Source of the DNA: a virus
Lineage: Duplodnaviria > Caudoviricetes
Length of the DNA: 63,157 nt
Direction: 5' to 3' (one strand)
Virus record (IMG/VR): IMGVR_UViG_3300033272_000024
Coordinates: 1-63,157 of that record
This document shows positions 1 through 10,699 of the stretch, piece by piece (the first letter of the stretch is position 1; every line of letters begins with the position of its first letter). A program made the translations under genes and the position numbers. The notes under the pieces are model-generated. The model did no database searches. It saw only the letters and a list, made by a program, of their open reading frames with translations, and was not told the origin of the DNA.

Positions 1-123
1 GCTGCTGGCGAAGACCGTGAAAAAGCTGCTGTAAGATTTGTCCCGCGCCAGATGCACATTGGATAAGCCATGAGCAATAAATTTGCTGCTGGCAAAAAAG
101 CGATTGCTGAATGTGATCGTTGC
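1..123. repeat. 123-bp terminal direct repeat (assembly circularisation overlap), copy 1
   Basis: Identical to 63035-63157. It spans the end of CDS 62180-63100 and the start of CDS 70-459. Confidence 0.97.
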
Positions 124-459
124 GGCCAGCAATACAAACTCAAGTTGCTTAAGACTGAAATTATTAAGCAGAGAAAGTATGAGTTATTGGTTTGTCCTGA
201 GTGTTGGGACCCAGATCAGCCACAGTTAATGCTAGGAACGTTTCCAGTTGATGACCCACAAGCTCTTAGGAACCCAAGGCGTGACACAACCTATTACACT
301 TCAGGCGTATTGGCAAATGGCTCTGTTGGCGGCGGCTCAAGGCAAATTCAATGGGGTTGGAACCCTGTTGGCGGGTCTAGCAGTTTTGTTACAGCACTAA
401 CACCAAATGACTTGGTGGCTAAAGGTTTTATTGGTACAGTAACTATTCAGACGACTTAA
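70..459 (+). CDS. Conserved phage protein with CxxC...CxxC zinc-ribbon motif
   Basis: CDRC and CPEC motifs; tightly packed in the late operon. Confidence 0.8.
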   Translation: MSNKFAAGKKAIAECDRCGQQYKLKLLKTEIIKQRKYELLVCPECWDPDQPQLMLGTFPVDDPQALRNPRRDTTYYTSGVLANGSVGGGSRQIQWGWNPVGGSSSFVTALTPNDLVAKGFIGTVTIQTT

Positions 460-469
460 GGAAATAATC

Positions 470-793
470 ATGGCATTTACAAAATCTGCTGACGGCATCG
501 CCAAAAAAGGCAAAACTCAGGGTAAAAATATGAGTGACTACAGCATGAAAAAAGGCGGCAAAGAAGTTGGCCCAGCCAGCGTATATGCTAAGCCGCATAC
601 CATGAGTGGTAAAGCTGCTCCCATGCAAGTTAACCCCGGCAAAGGTGCGAACCAAAGCCGTGCAGATACCCTTAATATGTCTGTTGGAAACATTTCCAAG
701 ACCGACGGCAACGAGATTAAAACTAGCGGCATTAAGGTGCGCGGCACGGGTGCAGCTACAAAAGGGTTGATGGCCCGTGGGCCAATGGCATAA
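470..793 (+). CDS. Small basic virion-associated protein (GIAxKGKTxG and MKKGG motifs)
   Basis: AAGGA RBS; shares motifs with the ORFs at 60492-62183. Confidence 0.75.
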   Translation: MAFTKSADGIAKKGKTQGKNMSDYSMKKGGKEVGPASVYAKPHTMSGKAAPMQVNPGKGANQSRADTLNMSVGNISKTDGNEIKTSGIKVRGTGAATKGLMARGPMA

Positions 794-796
794 GTT

Positions 797-1447
797 ATGA
801 ACTACGTAGAGCTAAAAACAAACATTGCTGACATCTGTGAAAACACGTTCACAGATAGTGAATATGCTTTGTTTGCTCAACAGGCGGAACAGCGTATATA
901 CAACACGGTACAACTTGCTAATCTGCGCAAAAATGTTGTTGGCACGTTATCGTCTGGTGTGAAATATCTTTCAGCGCCTAGTGATTTTCTTTCAACATAC
1001 TCCATTGGCGTGACTTTGGCAACGGGCGAGTTTCGGTTTCTGTTGAATAAAGATGTCAACTTTATCCGTGAAGCATATCCTTTGCCAGCTAACACTGGCG
1101 CTCCAAAGCACTACGCTTTGTTTGGGCCGCAAACGGATAACGTCAATGAAATAAGCATAATTATTGGGCCAACACCAGATGCGGCGTACCCAGTTGAATT
1201 GCATTATTACTACTATCCAGAATCAATTGTTACTGCTGGAACAACTTGGTTAAGTGACAATTTTGATTCCGCTTTGCTTAACGGTGCATTGGTTGAAGCC
1301 ATTCGCTACATGAAGGGCGAAGTTGATATGGTTAAGCTGTATCAAGATATGTACATCCAATCAATTGCGCTTCTCAAGAACTTGGGTGATGGCAAACAAC
1401 GTGCAGATGCTTACCGTGATGGTCAACTTCGCATTCAAGTGAATTAA
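797..1447 (+). CDS. Putative head-tail adaptor / tail tubular protein
   Basis: Position after the capsid module; LSAPSDFL...GPTPDAAYPVELHYYYYP...WL...LL.G.L pattern typical of podovirus adaptors. Confidence 0.65.
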   Translation: MNYVELKTNIADICENTFTDSEYALFAQQAEQRIYNTVQLANLRKNVVGTLSSGVKYLSAPSDFLSTYSIGVTLATGEFRFLLNKDVNFIREAYPLPANTGAPKHYALFGPQTDNVNEISIIIGPTPDAAYPVELHYYYYPESIVTAGTTWLSDNFDSALLNGALVEAIRYMKGEVDMVKLYQDMYIQSIALLKNLGDGKQRADAYRDGQLRIQVN

Positions 1448-1455
1448 GGAGCATC

Positions 1456-1875
1456 ATGTCAATTACACAAACAATGTGTACATCAGCCAAAGCTGAGTTT
1501 CTAGGTGGAATCATTGATGTTGTTAATGACACATTGAAGATTGCTTTGTACACCAGTGATGCAACGTTGAACGATACAACTACAATCTATTCATCAGTAA
1601 ATGAAGTGGTTGGAAGTGGTTACATTTCTGGTGGTAATACGTTAACATCAACAACAATTGGAACATCTGGAACAACAGCTTTTGTAAGTTTTGCCAATAC
1701 AACTTGGTCGGCTTCAACAATTATTGCGTCTGGCGCATTAATTTACGATAGCAGCAAAGCAAACAGGGCAATAGCAGTGCTTAGTTTTGGGAGTAACAAA
1801 TCTTCAAACAACAGCAATTTTGTAATTCAATTTCCGCCCAATAACGCTACAAGCGCCGTTGTGCGAATCAGTTAA
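1456..1875 (+). CDS. Tail/fibre-associated structural protein
   Basis: AGGAG RBS; KIALYT...GY..GG..L...A.GALIY pattern; Thr/Ser-rich beta composition. Confidence 0.65.
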   Translation: MSITQTMCTSAKAEFLGGIIDVVNDTLKIALYTSDATLNDTTTIYSSVNEVVGSGYISGGNTLTSTTIGTSGTTAFVSFANTTWSASTIIASGALIYDSSKANRAIAVLSFGSNKSSNNSNFVIQFPPNNATSAVVRIS

Positions 1876-1893
1876 CCTAGTCTAAGGATTGAT

Positions 1894-2463
1894 ATGTCAA
1901 ACGAAAAAATCAGCAGCAGCGATGTTGTGTCAAGTGGCTTGATCTGCGGCCCAGCAGCCCCCGAAGGCGCAATGGCCTTGGGTAAGTTTACCATGACTTG
2001 CTACGACAAAGATGGTAAGCTGAAGTGGTCGGCTGAAGAGAAAAACTTGGTTGTCAACGTTGGCCTGCAATACATGTGCGGTACGGGTTTGACAAGCACG
2101 ACTCAAATCACAGCTTGGTTTATCGGTCTGTACGGTGCCGCGGCCTCTAACACCCCTGCTGCTGGCGACACGCTTGCAACCCACGCTGGCTGGACTGAAG
2201 TCAACCCTTACACGGGTAACCGCAAGTCTTGCACCTTTGTGGCCGCTACAAACGCCAACCCATCGGTTGCTACTAATGCTGCATCCCCTGCCTCATTTGC
2301 CATCACTGGTACGCAGACTGTCGGCGGTGCGTTTTTGTGTAGCGCAGCTACCGGAACTGCTGGAACATTGTTCTCAGCCGCAGACTTCTCTGCTCCCGGT
2401 GATCGTGCAGTCGTTAACGGCGACACCTTGAATGTGACCTACACGCTCAGTCTTGCTGGCTAA
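1894..2463 (+). CDS. Tail/fibre-associated structural protein
   Basis: NLVVNVG...W.IGL...GTLFS...GDTLNVTY pattern; located just before the fibre genes. Confidence 0.65.
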   Translation: MSNEKISSSDVVSSGLICGPAAPEGAMALGKFTMTCYDKDGKLKWSAEEKNLVVNVGLQYMCGTGLTSTTQITAWFIGLYGAAASNTPAAGDTLATHAGWTEVNPYTGNRKSCTFVAATNANPSVATNAASPASFAITGTQTVGGAFLCSAATGTAGTLFSAADFSAPGDRAVVNGDTLNVTYTLSLAG

Positions 2464-2528
2464 TTAGCGGGTTGAACTTGTGTTCTTGGATACCCACTAC
2501 GGCGGGTATTCGTCTTTGAGGGGTACGT

Positions 2529-2777
2529 ATGATTAAGATCGACTTTGAGTTTGAAACTGAGTACGGCGTGTTCCGTGACGCTCTGCATTTGCTAGATGAC
2601 CATGCGTTTACAGACGCTGAGATTCAGGCCATGAAGAACGAGCGCGTAGACAACTGGATCGCCGCCATCACAGCCCCTTCTGTTGAAGTAGAAACGCCAG
2701 TAGTTGTTGAAGTTCCATCCCAAGAGTTACCCGACATTATTGAGGTGAATGGCGTCAAGTACGCAAAGGTGGTCTAA
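2529..2777 (+). CDS. Hypothetical protein (fibre-associated)
   Basis: GAGG RBS; abuts the start of the large fibre gene. Confidence 0.7.
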   Translation: MIKIDFEFETEYGVFRDALHLLDDHAFTDAEIQAMKNERVDNWIAAITAPSVEVETPVVVEVPSQELPDIIEVNGVKYAKVV

Positions 2778-5700
2778 ATGGCCGATAGATACTGGCGCGG
2801 TGGTGGGGGTACATGGAATACAACTACCACAGCAAACTGGTCTGCAACATCTGGCGGTGCAGGCGGGGCGTCTGCTCCTACGTCTGCGGATAATGCAATC
2901 TTTGATGCAAACTCAGGATTGACTGCTTCGAGCGCTGTCACCATCACTGGTGGCGTATGTGCCGACCTTACATACATGCCGACAGCGACGGTGGGGCAGC
3001 GCACATTCAACATTGTAGATTCGCTAACGATTTCAGGGGTACTATCCACATCTGGTACAGCGGGCAATAATAGATTACGGATTCGATCTAATACACTTGG
3101 TATTGCAACTAATATGGTTGTGGCTACGCTCGGGTCAATCAGCGATGTTGACTTCATTGATGTGTATGTCACAGGAACGGCAGCACCGTTAACCGGAACT
3201 CGACTTGGTAATATCGCCAACGGTAGGGGTGTAACTTTCTCCACCCCAAAGACCGTTTACTGGAATCTTGCGGGCACGCAAGTCTGGGCTGCAAATGGAT
3301 GGGCGGCTACGTCTGGCGGAACTCCCAGTACAGACTATTTTCCGCTAGTACAAGATACCGCAGTCTTTGATAACGCTGGTGCAGTCACCTCAATTTCGAT
3401 GGTTAATAGCTCGTTTTCGTACTACGGCACGGTTGATATGTCGGCCCGTACAACAGCGATGACTATTATTACAGGAACAAATAATCAGATATTTGGAAAT
3501 TGGACAAATGGGTCTGGAACAGCGTTTAGTGGTACTACCGTAATTCTATTTCTAAGTCGAACTACGCAAACAATTACAAGCGCCGGTAAAACATGGTTTG
3601 CCCCAATTACGGTAAATACGTATGGTGGAACCGTACAGCTTGTTGATTCGCTTAATATTGGCGCAAATGCTTTAACAGTTACCAGCGGTACTTTCTCAAC
3701 GGCAAATCAGGCGCTTACAGCGGGCAGTATTGTCTCTAATACGGCAGGGCCACGGTCAATTAGTCTTGGAGCAAGCAATGTAACACTATCTAGCACTACA
3801 GCGGCATTCTTGTTTACCGTTGGTGATGGCCTTACTTTTGATGCGGGGACATCGTCAGTTAATTTGCCAGCGGGAACCAGCGCGTTTCCCGGCGCTAACT
3901 TTACGTACTACGATGTAACTGTCGGTGGCAGCACAGCCACAATCGCAGTATCAGGCATAAACACTTTTAACAATCTAAGTATCTCGGGGTTACGTGCTGT
4001 TATCTTCTCAGCTAATCAAACTATTAACAATAATCTGACGTGGACGGGAACAACGGTAGCAACGAGCCGTTCAAATTTTCAATCAAATGTCGTTGGTACG
4101 CCAATCACACTAACAATTAACAACCCCCCCTCACTCGTAGATATCGACTTTCAAGATATTACGGTTATCGGGACTGCCGCTCCTATTTCCGGTACTCGTT
4201 TTGGTGATGTAGGAGGTAACTCTGGGATTACATTCACATCAAAAACGGTTTACTGGAATCTTGCGGGCACGCAAGTCTGGGCTGCAAACGGTTGGGCAGC
4301 TACGTCTGGAGGAACACCCGCAGTAGCCAATTTTCCACTTCCGCAGGACACTGCGGTATTCAACAATGCCGGAAGTGTTACAGGAACAATCACTATAAAC
4401 GGGGCATATAAACTGCCTTCTGTGGATATGTCAACCCGCACAACTGCGATGACGTTAGGGACAAGTACAAATCAACCCAGCGTGTATGGCGATTGGACGA
4501 ACGGATCAGGTACAACACTAACTGGGGTTGGTGTTTTAACCTTTGTTAAGCGAAGCGGAGCAACAATCACATCGGCCAGTAAAACCTTTACTCAAGGCAT
4601 TGTTTTTAGTTCTCCGGGGGGTTCAAGCACTATTGCGGATGCGCTAATAACCTCTGCATCAGCAGGCGTCTCGATACTATCCGGAACGTTTAGTTCGGGA
4701 ACATACAACGTAACTACTCCAGCGGTCATTAGTACAGGAACGCTTACTAGGCGTCTAAATATGGGGTCTGGGTTGTGGACGCTCAGTTCAGCAGGGAATA
4801 TTTGGACTGTTACTTCCACGGGGTTAACTTTAGATCAAGGCACAGCAAACATACTAAGTAATACCACATCGACATTAGCTAAAACATTTGCAGGGGGTGG
4901 GTTTTCGTACAACACGCTGACCATTGGTGGGACGGGCGTATCCACACTAACCTTTACCGGGGCAAACAGCTTTACTGAATTAGCCAGTACCAAAACAGTT
5001 GCTCATACGGTTGCCCTTTCCGCTACTTTTGCACAAACTTTTGGTGCATGGACAATTACAGGAACCGCTGGTAATTTGGTTACTGTTAGTGGAGCAAGTT
5101 CCCATATTATTGCAGGCGCTCGTGTATCAGGTGTTGACTATCTCACGATGGGGACAACCAGTTTTTCACTAACTTCTCCGGGCGAGTTTTACAGAGGTGC
5201 AAACTCCACAGGTACTGGCGCAGGAATTAATACGGGGACTGCCCCAACACCTGTTACGCGCTATTGGGTAGGGGGTACTGGCATATGGAGCGCGACAAAT
5301 ACAGTTAATTGGTCTGATGCCTCTGGCGGTATCGGCGGTTTTTCTGTTCCCACCTCTGCGGACACGGTAATTTTTGATTCCTTGTCAAACGCTACAGCCT
5401 ATACGGTCACTTGCACAGCCACTCAACTTCGGTGCGCTTCCCTAACTATGGGTGCCCCACTCACGGGAAACATTACTTGGGCTGGCACAGCACCTTTATC
5501 CGTGCATGGAAACTTCTCCCTAACAGGCGGAACAAATATTACTCGCACGTATACAGGCGCTATAACGTTTTCAGGGTCAACTACGGGCAATACGATCAAT
5601 GCGAATGGAATTGTTTTTGGCGCGAATGTTACTGTAGATGGTGTTGGTTGTGGTTGGACAATGACCTCCGCTTTGGAAGTTGGTAGTTCCTCCATTCTTT

Positions 5701-8336
5701 CTATAACACGGGGTTCTTTTAATACCAACGGGTATACGCTTAACAGCTCTTCTCCAACTACAGGATATATCAATGCTCTTGGCACAAATGCAAAGTCAAT
5801 TTCGTTTGGAGCTTCTACTGTTTATGGATGGTCGGGTTATAACGTTCGTACAATTGGGCTGACTTTTAGCGCAGGAACTTCTACCTTATACATAGACAGT
5901 TTTATTGGGAATAACGATAGCGCGTTGTATGCAGGACTTAGCTATTACAACGTAATATATAGAAATATTGACCCAGCGGTTACAAACGGTTTGTATGGAG
6001 CTAATACGTTCAACAACTTAACTATTCCAGCCCCTAATATTGTGGACAGCACAGTTCAAGCATCTCTTGCAACAATTGGAATAGGCACTCAAACAATCAA
6101 TGGGTTGTTTACTGTTGGAGGATCAACAGCGTATCTGCGAAACTCATTTGATGCATCGGGGACAACTCTTGCTTTTGTCGTAAACGGAACAACATCCCTT
6201 TCAGGTATTGATTTTGAAAATACTACTATCACTGGCACAGCAGTGCCCGTATCAGGTGTTTGGTTAAGCGATCTTGGTGGAAATTCAGGGGTTACTACAG
6301 ACGCTCCAAAAACAGTGTATAGAGCGAGTAATGGAGGTGTTGCTTGGGAAACAGGGTGGTCAACAACGTCTGGAGGAACAAGCGTAACAAACTTATTTCC
6401 ACTGGCACAAGACACTATTGTTTTTGATAACAGTTCGTCCAATACAGCTATAAACACACAGGCAAATCAGTGGAACATAGGGACAATTAACATGTCCGCA
6501 AGGACAAACGCGCTAACAATATCAGGGGGTAATCTAAGAGTTTATGGAGATTGGGTATATGGCTCGGGTATTACGTTTAGCACAGGAGCTATGTCCTGCC
6601 GCAGAAAAAGCGGTACTCAAACTATTACGTCCGCCGGTAAGACCTTTTTCGGTGTTTTTTTACTGGGTGCTGCCACAGTACAGCTACTAGACGCGCTCCA
6701 ATGCACTTCTGCGTTTGGTGTTTCATCAACTACCAGTTCTTTTGATGCAAATAATAAAAATGTTACTTGCAACGATGCTACCTTAAGCGGAACAGTAGTC
6801 ATGGGAAGCGGTACTTGGACTATGACGGGTACAGAAACAGTGTGGTACAAAACCACAGGGGTGATTAATGCTGGGACTTCGACCATTCTTCTTTCTAACA
6901 CCTCAACAACAGCGCGTTCGTTTATAGGCGGAGGAGCTACATACAATAAATTGACAATTGGAGGTGCTACAGGGGCCAGCACAACATCTCTTTTGAACAA
7001 CAGCACGTTTGGTGAGATTGCTAGTACCAAGACAGTAGCAGCAACAATTGCCCTTGGATCAACAATCCAAACAGTTGAAACATGGACAGCGGCGGGAACA
7101 GCGGGTAACTTGTTAACCGTATCGGGAACTTCCGCAGCATCGCCTGCATACCTTGTTTTAACTGGCGCTCCTAACACAAACGCAGTTGACTACCTAAACA
7201 TCACCAATGTACGTGCTACGCCCTTGGATACTACGTGGTATGCAGGCGCAAACTCGGTCAACAACGGGTCGCTGGGCTGGATATTTGAGAATGGTGCGGG
7301 CGTTACATATGCAGGAATCATACTAGAAGCCGCTGCCTCAACAGATGCTGTAGCCGCATTGAGCGCGTTCTTTGCTTCACTGGGGGAGACAGCTACAGCT
7401 ACAGATGCCAATGCAACGGCAGCTAGTTTTGCACCTTCTATCGGTGAAACAGCTACAGCTACAGATGCCAATGCAACGGCAGCTAGTTTTGCACCTTCTA
7501 TCGGTGAAACAGCTACAGCTACAGATGCCGACAGTGCAACGCTAACATTTTCTGCTACGCTTGCTGAAACCGCTACAGCCACTGACTTAAACAGTAGCTT
7601 GATGGCGTTTTACGCAGCCGTCGTAGAGATTGCTACAGCACTGGACACATTGATTGGGGCCAGTGGCTTTCTGTATGCGGCCTTTATCAACGAGGTAGCT
7701 ACTGCCACAGATAACGTTGCTGCTTTCGCGGCATTTGCTGCGGCTACAAATGAAATGGCCACGGCTACGGATGTCACTGGTTCAAGCGCTGCTTTCGCTC
7801 CTTTAGTTAATGAGACTGTCACGGCCACAGACGCGGCTTCGGTTAGCGCAGCTTTTGCAACACTGCTGGCTGAGTCGGCTACGGCTACAGACTTCTTGCT
7901 GGGGGGCCAACTATACCTTCGCGCAATCGCAGAAACTGCTACAGCTTCTGATGCCACAACAACAAGTGTCACTTTCCTCGGGTCTGTAAACGAGACATCT
8001 ACGGGTACAGACGCCACTTCGTCAGCGTATCTTTTCTTTGCCTTAGTATCTGAAACAGCCACGGCCACGGACAGCCTGACAACGATAGCTACGTTCAACG
8101 CCCTCGCTGCCGAAACTGCCACGGCCACAGAAGACATCAATGCACCGGGAAGTATCTATAACACTGCTGTTTTAGTTGCTGTAACGATTACAGATAATGT
8201 CATCGGCGCATACCTCTGGAATCCAATTGATGACAATCAGACACCAAGCTGGCAAAATGTTAATGATGCGCAGACTCCCGGATGGTCTACAGTTCCAACA
8301 CCGCAAACCCCAGCGTGGACGTCTATAATTAATTAA
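2778..8336 (+). CDS. Giant G/T/S/A-rich tail fibre or adhesin-like protein (1852 aa)
   Basis: Repeated RYW.GG.G.W and KTVYWNLAG modules; C-terminal ETATATD repeats of about 20 aa. Confidence 0.75.
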   Translation: MADRYWRGGGGTWNTTTTANWSATSGGAGGASAPTSADNAIFDANSGLTASSAVTITGGVCADLTYMPTATVGQRTFNIVDSLTISGVLSTSGTAGNNRLRIRSNTLGIATNMVVATLGSISDVDFIDVYVTGTAAPLTGTRLGNIANGRGVTFSTPKTVYWNLAGTQVWAANGWAATSGGTPSTDYFPLVQDTAVFDNAGAVTSISMVNSSFSYYGTVDMSARTTAMTIITGTNNQIFGNWTNGSGTAFSGTTVILFLSRTTQTITSAGKTWFAPITVNTYGGTVQLVDSLNIGANALTVTSGTFSTANQALTAGSIVSNTAGPRSISLGASNVTLSSTTAAFLFTVGDGLTFDAGTSSVNLPAGTSAFPGANFTYYDVTVGGSTATIAVSGINTFNNLSISGLRAVIFSANQTINNNLTWTGTTVATSRSNFQSNVVGTPITLTINNPPSLVDIDFQDITVIGTAAPISGTRFGDVGGNSGITFTSKTVYWNLAGTQVWAANGWAATSGGTPAVANFPLPQDTAVFNNAGSVTGTITINGAYKLPSVDMSTRTTAMTLGTSTNQPSVYGDWTNGSGTTLTGVGVLTFVKRSGATITSASKTFTQGIVFSSPGGSSTIADALITSASAGVSILSGTFSSGTYNVTTPAVISTGTLTRRLNMGSGLWTLSSAGNIWTVTSTGLTLDQGTANILSNTTSTLAKTFAGGGFSYNTLTIGGTGVSTLTFTGANSFTELASTKTVAHTVALSATFAQTFGAWTITGTAGNLVTVSGASSHIIAGARVSGVDYLTMGTTSFSLTSPGEFYRGANSTGTGAGINTGTAPTPVTRYWVGGTGIWSATNTVNWSDASGGIGGFSVPTSADTVIFDSLSNATAYTVTCTATQLRCASLTMGAPLTGNITWAGTAPLSVHGNFSLTGGTNITRTYTGAITFSGSTTGNTINANGIVFGANVTVDGVGCGWTMTSALEVGSSSILSITRGSFNTNGYTLNSSSPTTGYINALGTNAKSISFGASTVYGWSGYNVRTIGLTFSAGTSTLYIDSFIGNNDSALYAGLSYYNVIYRNIDPAVTNGLYGANTFNNLTIPAPNIVDSTVQASLATIGIGTQTINGLFTVGGSTAYLRNSFDASGTTLAFVVNGTTSLSGIDFENTTITGTAVPVSGVWLSDLGGNSGVTTDAPKTVYRASNGGVAWETGWSTTSGGTSVTNLFPLAQDTIVFDNSSSNTAINTQANQWNIGTINMSARTNALTISGGNLRVYGDWVYGSGITFSTGAMSCRRKSGTQTITSAGKTFFGVFLLGAATVQLLDALQCTSAFGVSSTTSSFDANNKNVTCNDATLSGTVVMGSGTWTMTGTETVWYKTTGVINAGTSTILLSNTSTTARSFIGGGATYNKLTIGGATGASTTSLLNNSTFGEIASTKTVAATIALGSTIQTVETWTAAGTAGNLLTVSGTSAASPAYLVLTGAPNTNAVDYLNITNVRATPLDTTWYAGANSVNNGSLGWIFENGAGVTYAGIILEAAASTDAVAALSAFFASLGETATATDANATAASFAPSIGETATATDANATAASFAPSIGETATATDADSATLTFSATLAETATATDLNSSLMAFYAAVVEIATALDTLIGASGFLYAAFINEVATATDNVAAFAAFAAATNEMATATDVTGSSAAFAPLVNETVTATDAASVSAAFATLLAESATATDFLLGGQLYLRAIAETATASDATTTSVTFLGSVNETSTGTDATSSAYLFFALVSETATATDSLTTIATFNALAAETATATEDINAPGSIYNTAVLVAVTITDNVIGAYLWNPIDDNQTPSWQNVNDAQTPGWSTVPTPQTPAWTSIIN
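3255..3295 (+). repeat. 41-bp exact internal repeat, copy 1 (copy 2 at 4248-4288)
   Basis: gtttactggaatcttgcgggcacgcaagtctgggctgcaaa occurs at both positions. Confidence 0.9.
7389..7529 (+). repeat. Perfect 60-bp tandem repeat (about 2.3 units) encoding TATATDANATAASFAPSIGE
   Basis: Lines 7381, 7441 and 7501 match in register. Confidence 0.95.
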
Positions 8337-8357
8337 TCAGCTTCTTAGGAGAATTTC

Positions 8358-10418
8358 ATGCCTAGTTCATACACCACAAACCTTAAACTGACGCTTCCAG
8401 TTTCGGGTGAATTGACTGGTACATGGGGTGACATGGTAAACACCGGTATTACCGCTTTGCTTGACTCCGCTATCGCCGGAACAGCTTCTGTTGCAATGAC
8501 AGACGCAAACCGGACATTAACTTCTGTGGATGGCGCTGCCGACGAAGCCCGACAGATGTTTATCGTATTGACGGGAACATTGACAGCAGAACGAAACGTT
8601 GTTTGCCCATCATTGTCAAAGCTGTACTTTGTTAAAAACAGCACTACAGGCGGCTTTGCGATTACGTTTAAAACCAGCGCAGGCACGGGCATTTTGGTTC
8701 CAAGCGGCTTGTCTGTTGCTTTGTATTGCGACGGCACAAACGTCTTGGATGCTATTACTTTTGCAAACATCCCAACTATTAACGCTACTACGGTTGACAC
8801 AACAAACCTTGAAGTAACCAATATCAAGGCCAAAGACGGTACAGCAGCTATTACGCTGGCTGACAGTACTGGCGTGGCAACTATTGCAGCAGCACCGATC
8901 CTGACGGCCCTGACAGCCTCGCAGGTTGTGTTTACCAGCGCAACTAAAGCTCTTGTAAGCAACACCATTACAGGTACGGGCAACGTAGTTATGTCCACTT
9001 CCCCAACGCTGGTTACGCCTGCATTGGGTACGCCAAGCGCTCTGGTGGGTACAAACATCACGGGGACGGCTTCCGGCTTAACCGCAGGAAACGTTACTAC
9101 CAACGCAAACTTGACCGGCGCAGTAACTTCTAGCGGCAACGCAACTTCCCTTGGTTCGTTTACTTCTGCGCAACTGGCTGGCGCTCTTACTGATGAAACT
9201 GGTTCCGGCGCAAATGTTTTTGCTACGTCTCCTACTTTGGTCACGCCGATCTTGGGAACGCCGCAGTCTGCTACGCTGACCAATGCTACGGGCTTGCCGA
9301 TCTCCACAGGGGTAAGCGGTCTGGCTACTGGCGCAGCTACGTTCTTGGCTACACCTAGCTCGGCAAACTTTTCAGCATTGCTGACCGACGAAACAGGCAC
9401 AGGACTGAACGTATTTGCTACTAGCCCTACGCTAACCACGCCAACACTCACTGGAGCAACCTTATCGGGCACAGTAGCAGGCGGCGGCAATCAGCTTAAT
9501 AACGTCATCATCGGTGCGAGTACTCCACTGGCGGGTAGCTTTACTAACTTGGCCTATACAGGCACGCTCACAGGCAACGGCGGGGTTATTAACATCGGCT
9601 CCGGTCAGTTCTATAAAGATGCCGTGGGAAATGTGGGGATTGGGACGAGTACTCCGGGGGCAAACCATGCGTTAAATGTTGCTAACGACCGAAAATATAG
9701 CGCATTCACTGGGAATACGGGTTTTAACGCTGGCACACTAGGTTCAGTCAACCCTTCCCAATCGTCTGGATTGTTTTTTGGCTGGAACCAAAGCAACGGT
9801 GGGGGCGAGAGCAACATTGTTTACGGAACGGGCGCAGGGATTTCCCCCGCGCTTCAATTTGCGTCTTACAACGGAACAACCTACACAGAACGCGCCCGTA
9901 TCGACTCCAGCGGTAACTTGCTGGTGGGGCAGACATTTCAAACTCTCAGCGGAAAGTTGTGTATAACTTTTCCCTCTGATGCTTTTGTTGGAGTTGCATC
10001 CACTACCAGCGCCACTACAAGTCAAATTCACAGCAGGTTTGCAAATGGAAATGGTGTTGTTGGAAGCATTTCAACAAGTGGCTCTACAACGACCTACACC
10101 ACATCATCAGACTACCGCCTAAAGAACACCATCGCCCCAATGACAGGTGCTCTGGCAAGGGTCGCTGCGCTCCGCCCTTGCACTTACAAGTGGAATATAG
10201 ACGGCTCAGACGGTCAAGGCTTTATTGCTCACGAGCTTGCTGAAGTTGAACCCGGCTGTGTAACTGGCGAGAAGGACGCAGTAGACGCTGAAGGCAAGCC
10301 GCAGTACCAAGGTATCGATACCAGCGTCTTAGTTGCCACCTTAGCAGCAGCTATTCAAGAACTCAAAGCAATCATCGACACCCAAGCAACCCGCATAACC
10401 GCTCTGGAGGCCAAATAA
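8358..10418 (+). CDS. Tail fibre with C-terminal intramolecular chaperone (peptidase S74-like)
   Basis: SPTLVTP repeats; GNVGIGT and ERARIDSSGNLLVG fibre motifs; SSDYRLK autocleavage motif followed by GFIAHEL and a coiled coil. Confidence 0.88.
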   Translation: MPSSYTTNLKLTLPVSGELTGTWGDMVNTGITALLDSAIAGTASVAMTDANRTLTSVDGAADEARQMFIVLTGTLTAERNVVCPSLSKLYFVKNSTTGGFAITFKTSAGTGILVPSGLSVALYCDGTNVLDAITFANIPTINATTVDTTNLEVTNIKAKDGTAAITLADSTGVATIAAAPILTALTASQVVFTSATKALVSNTITGTGNVVMSTSPTLVTPALGTPSALVGTNITGTASGLTAGNVTTNANLTGAVTSSGNATSLGSFTSAQLAGALTDETGSGANVFATSPTLVTPILGTPQSATLTNATGLPISTGVSGLATGAATFLATPSSANFSALLTDETGTGLNVFATSPTLTTPTLTGATLSGTVAGGGNQLNNVIIGASTPLAGSFTNLAYTGTLTGNGGVINIGSGQFYKDAVGNVGIGTSTPGANHALNVANDRKYSAFTGNTGFNAGTLGSVNPSQSSGLFFGWNQSNGGGESNIVYGTGAGISPALQFASYNGTTYTERARIDSSGNLLVGQTFQTLSGKLCITFPSDAFVGVASTTSATTSQIHSRFANGNGVVGSISTSGSTTTYTTSSDYRLKNTIAPMTGALARVAALRPCTYKWNIDGSDGQGFIAHELAEVEPGCVTGEKDAVDAEGKPQYQGIDTSVLVATLAAAIQELKAIIDTQATRITALEAK

Positions 10419-10699
10419 TGCAACTCACCATCAACCAACTGAACCGCGAAGCCGCAACTGGCATTATCACCACAATCCATTGGAGTGCATCAAAGACCTT
10501 GGGTGAACATACAGCCTCTAGTTATGGCTCTGTGGGATTAACCGCTGGCGAAACAATTATCCCTTTCGCCGATGTTACTGAGGCCAATGTGCTGGCATGG
10601 CTGGCATCTGCTTTAGACATGGAAGCCACTGAAGCTGGTTTAGATACTCAGCTTGCATCGCTGGCGGCTCCTGCGGTATTAAATGGGATGCCTTGGTGA
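10418..10699 (+). CDS. Putative tail fibre assembly protein
   Basis: TAATG overlap with the fibre gene; IPFADVTEANVLAW...GMPW pattern. Confidence 0.6.
   Translation: MQLTINQLNREAATGIITTIHWSASKTLGEHTASSYGSVGLTAGETIIPFADVTEANVLAWLASALDMEATEAGLDTQLASLAAPAVLNGMPW

Noticed and set aside
1-123. Physical terminal repeat of the virion DNA
   Set aside because: It is k-mer sized, exact and cuts through genes, so an assembler circular overlap is more likely
2490-2512. Terminator after CDS 1894-2463, and the weak hairpin at 59209-59223
   Set aside because: Short or imperfect stems without convincing U-tracts; at most stabilising hairpins
3255-4315. Diversity-generating retroelement TR/VR pair in the fibre gene
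   Set aside because: No reverse transcriptase was seen, both copies are in-frame coding modules, and the differences are synonymous and not adenine-specific
4250-9490. Long antisense ORFs opposite the fibre genes (e.g. 8345-9490) and similar ones opposite other large genes
   Set aside because: Shadow ORFs caused by codon bias in Thr/Ala/Gly-rich genes; no RBS or recognisable motifs
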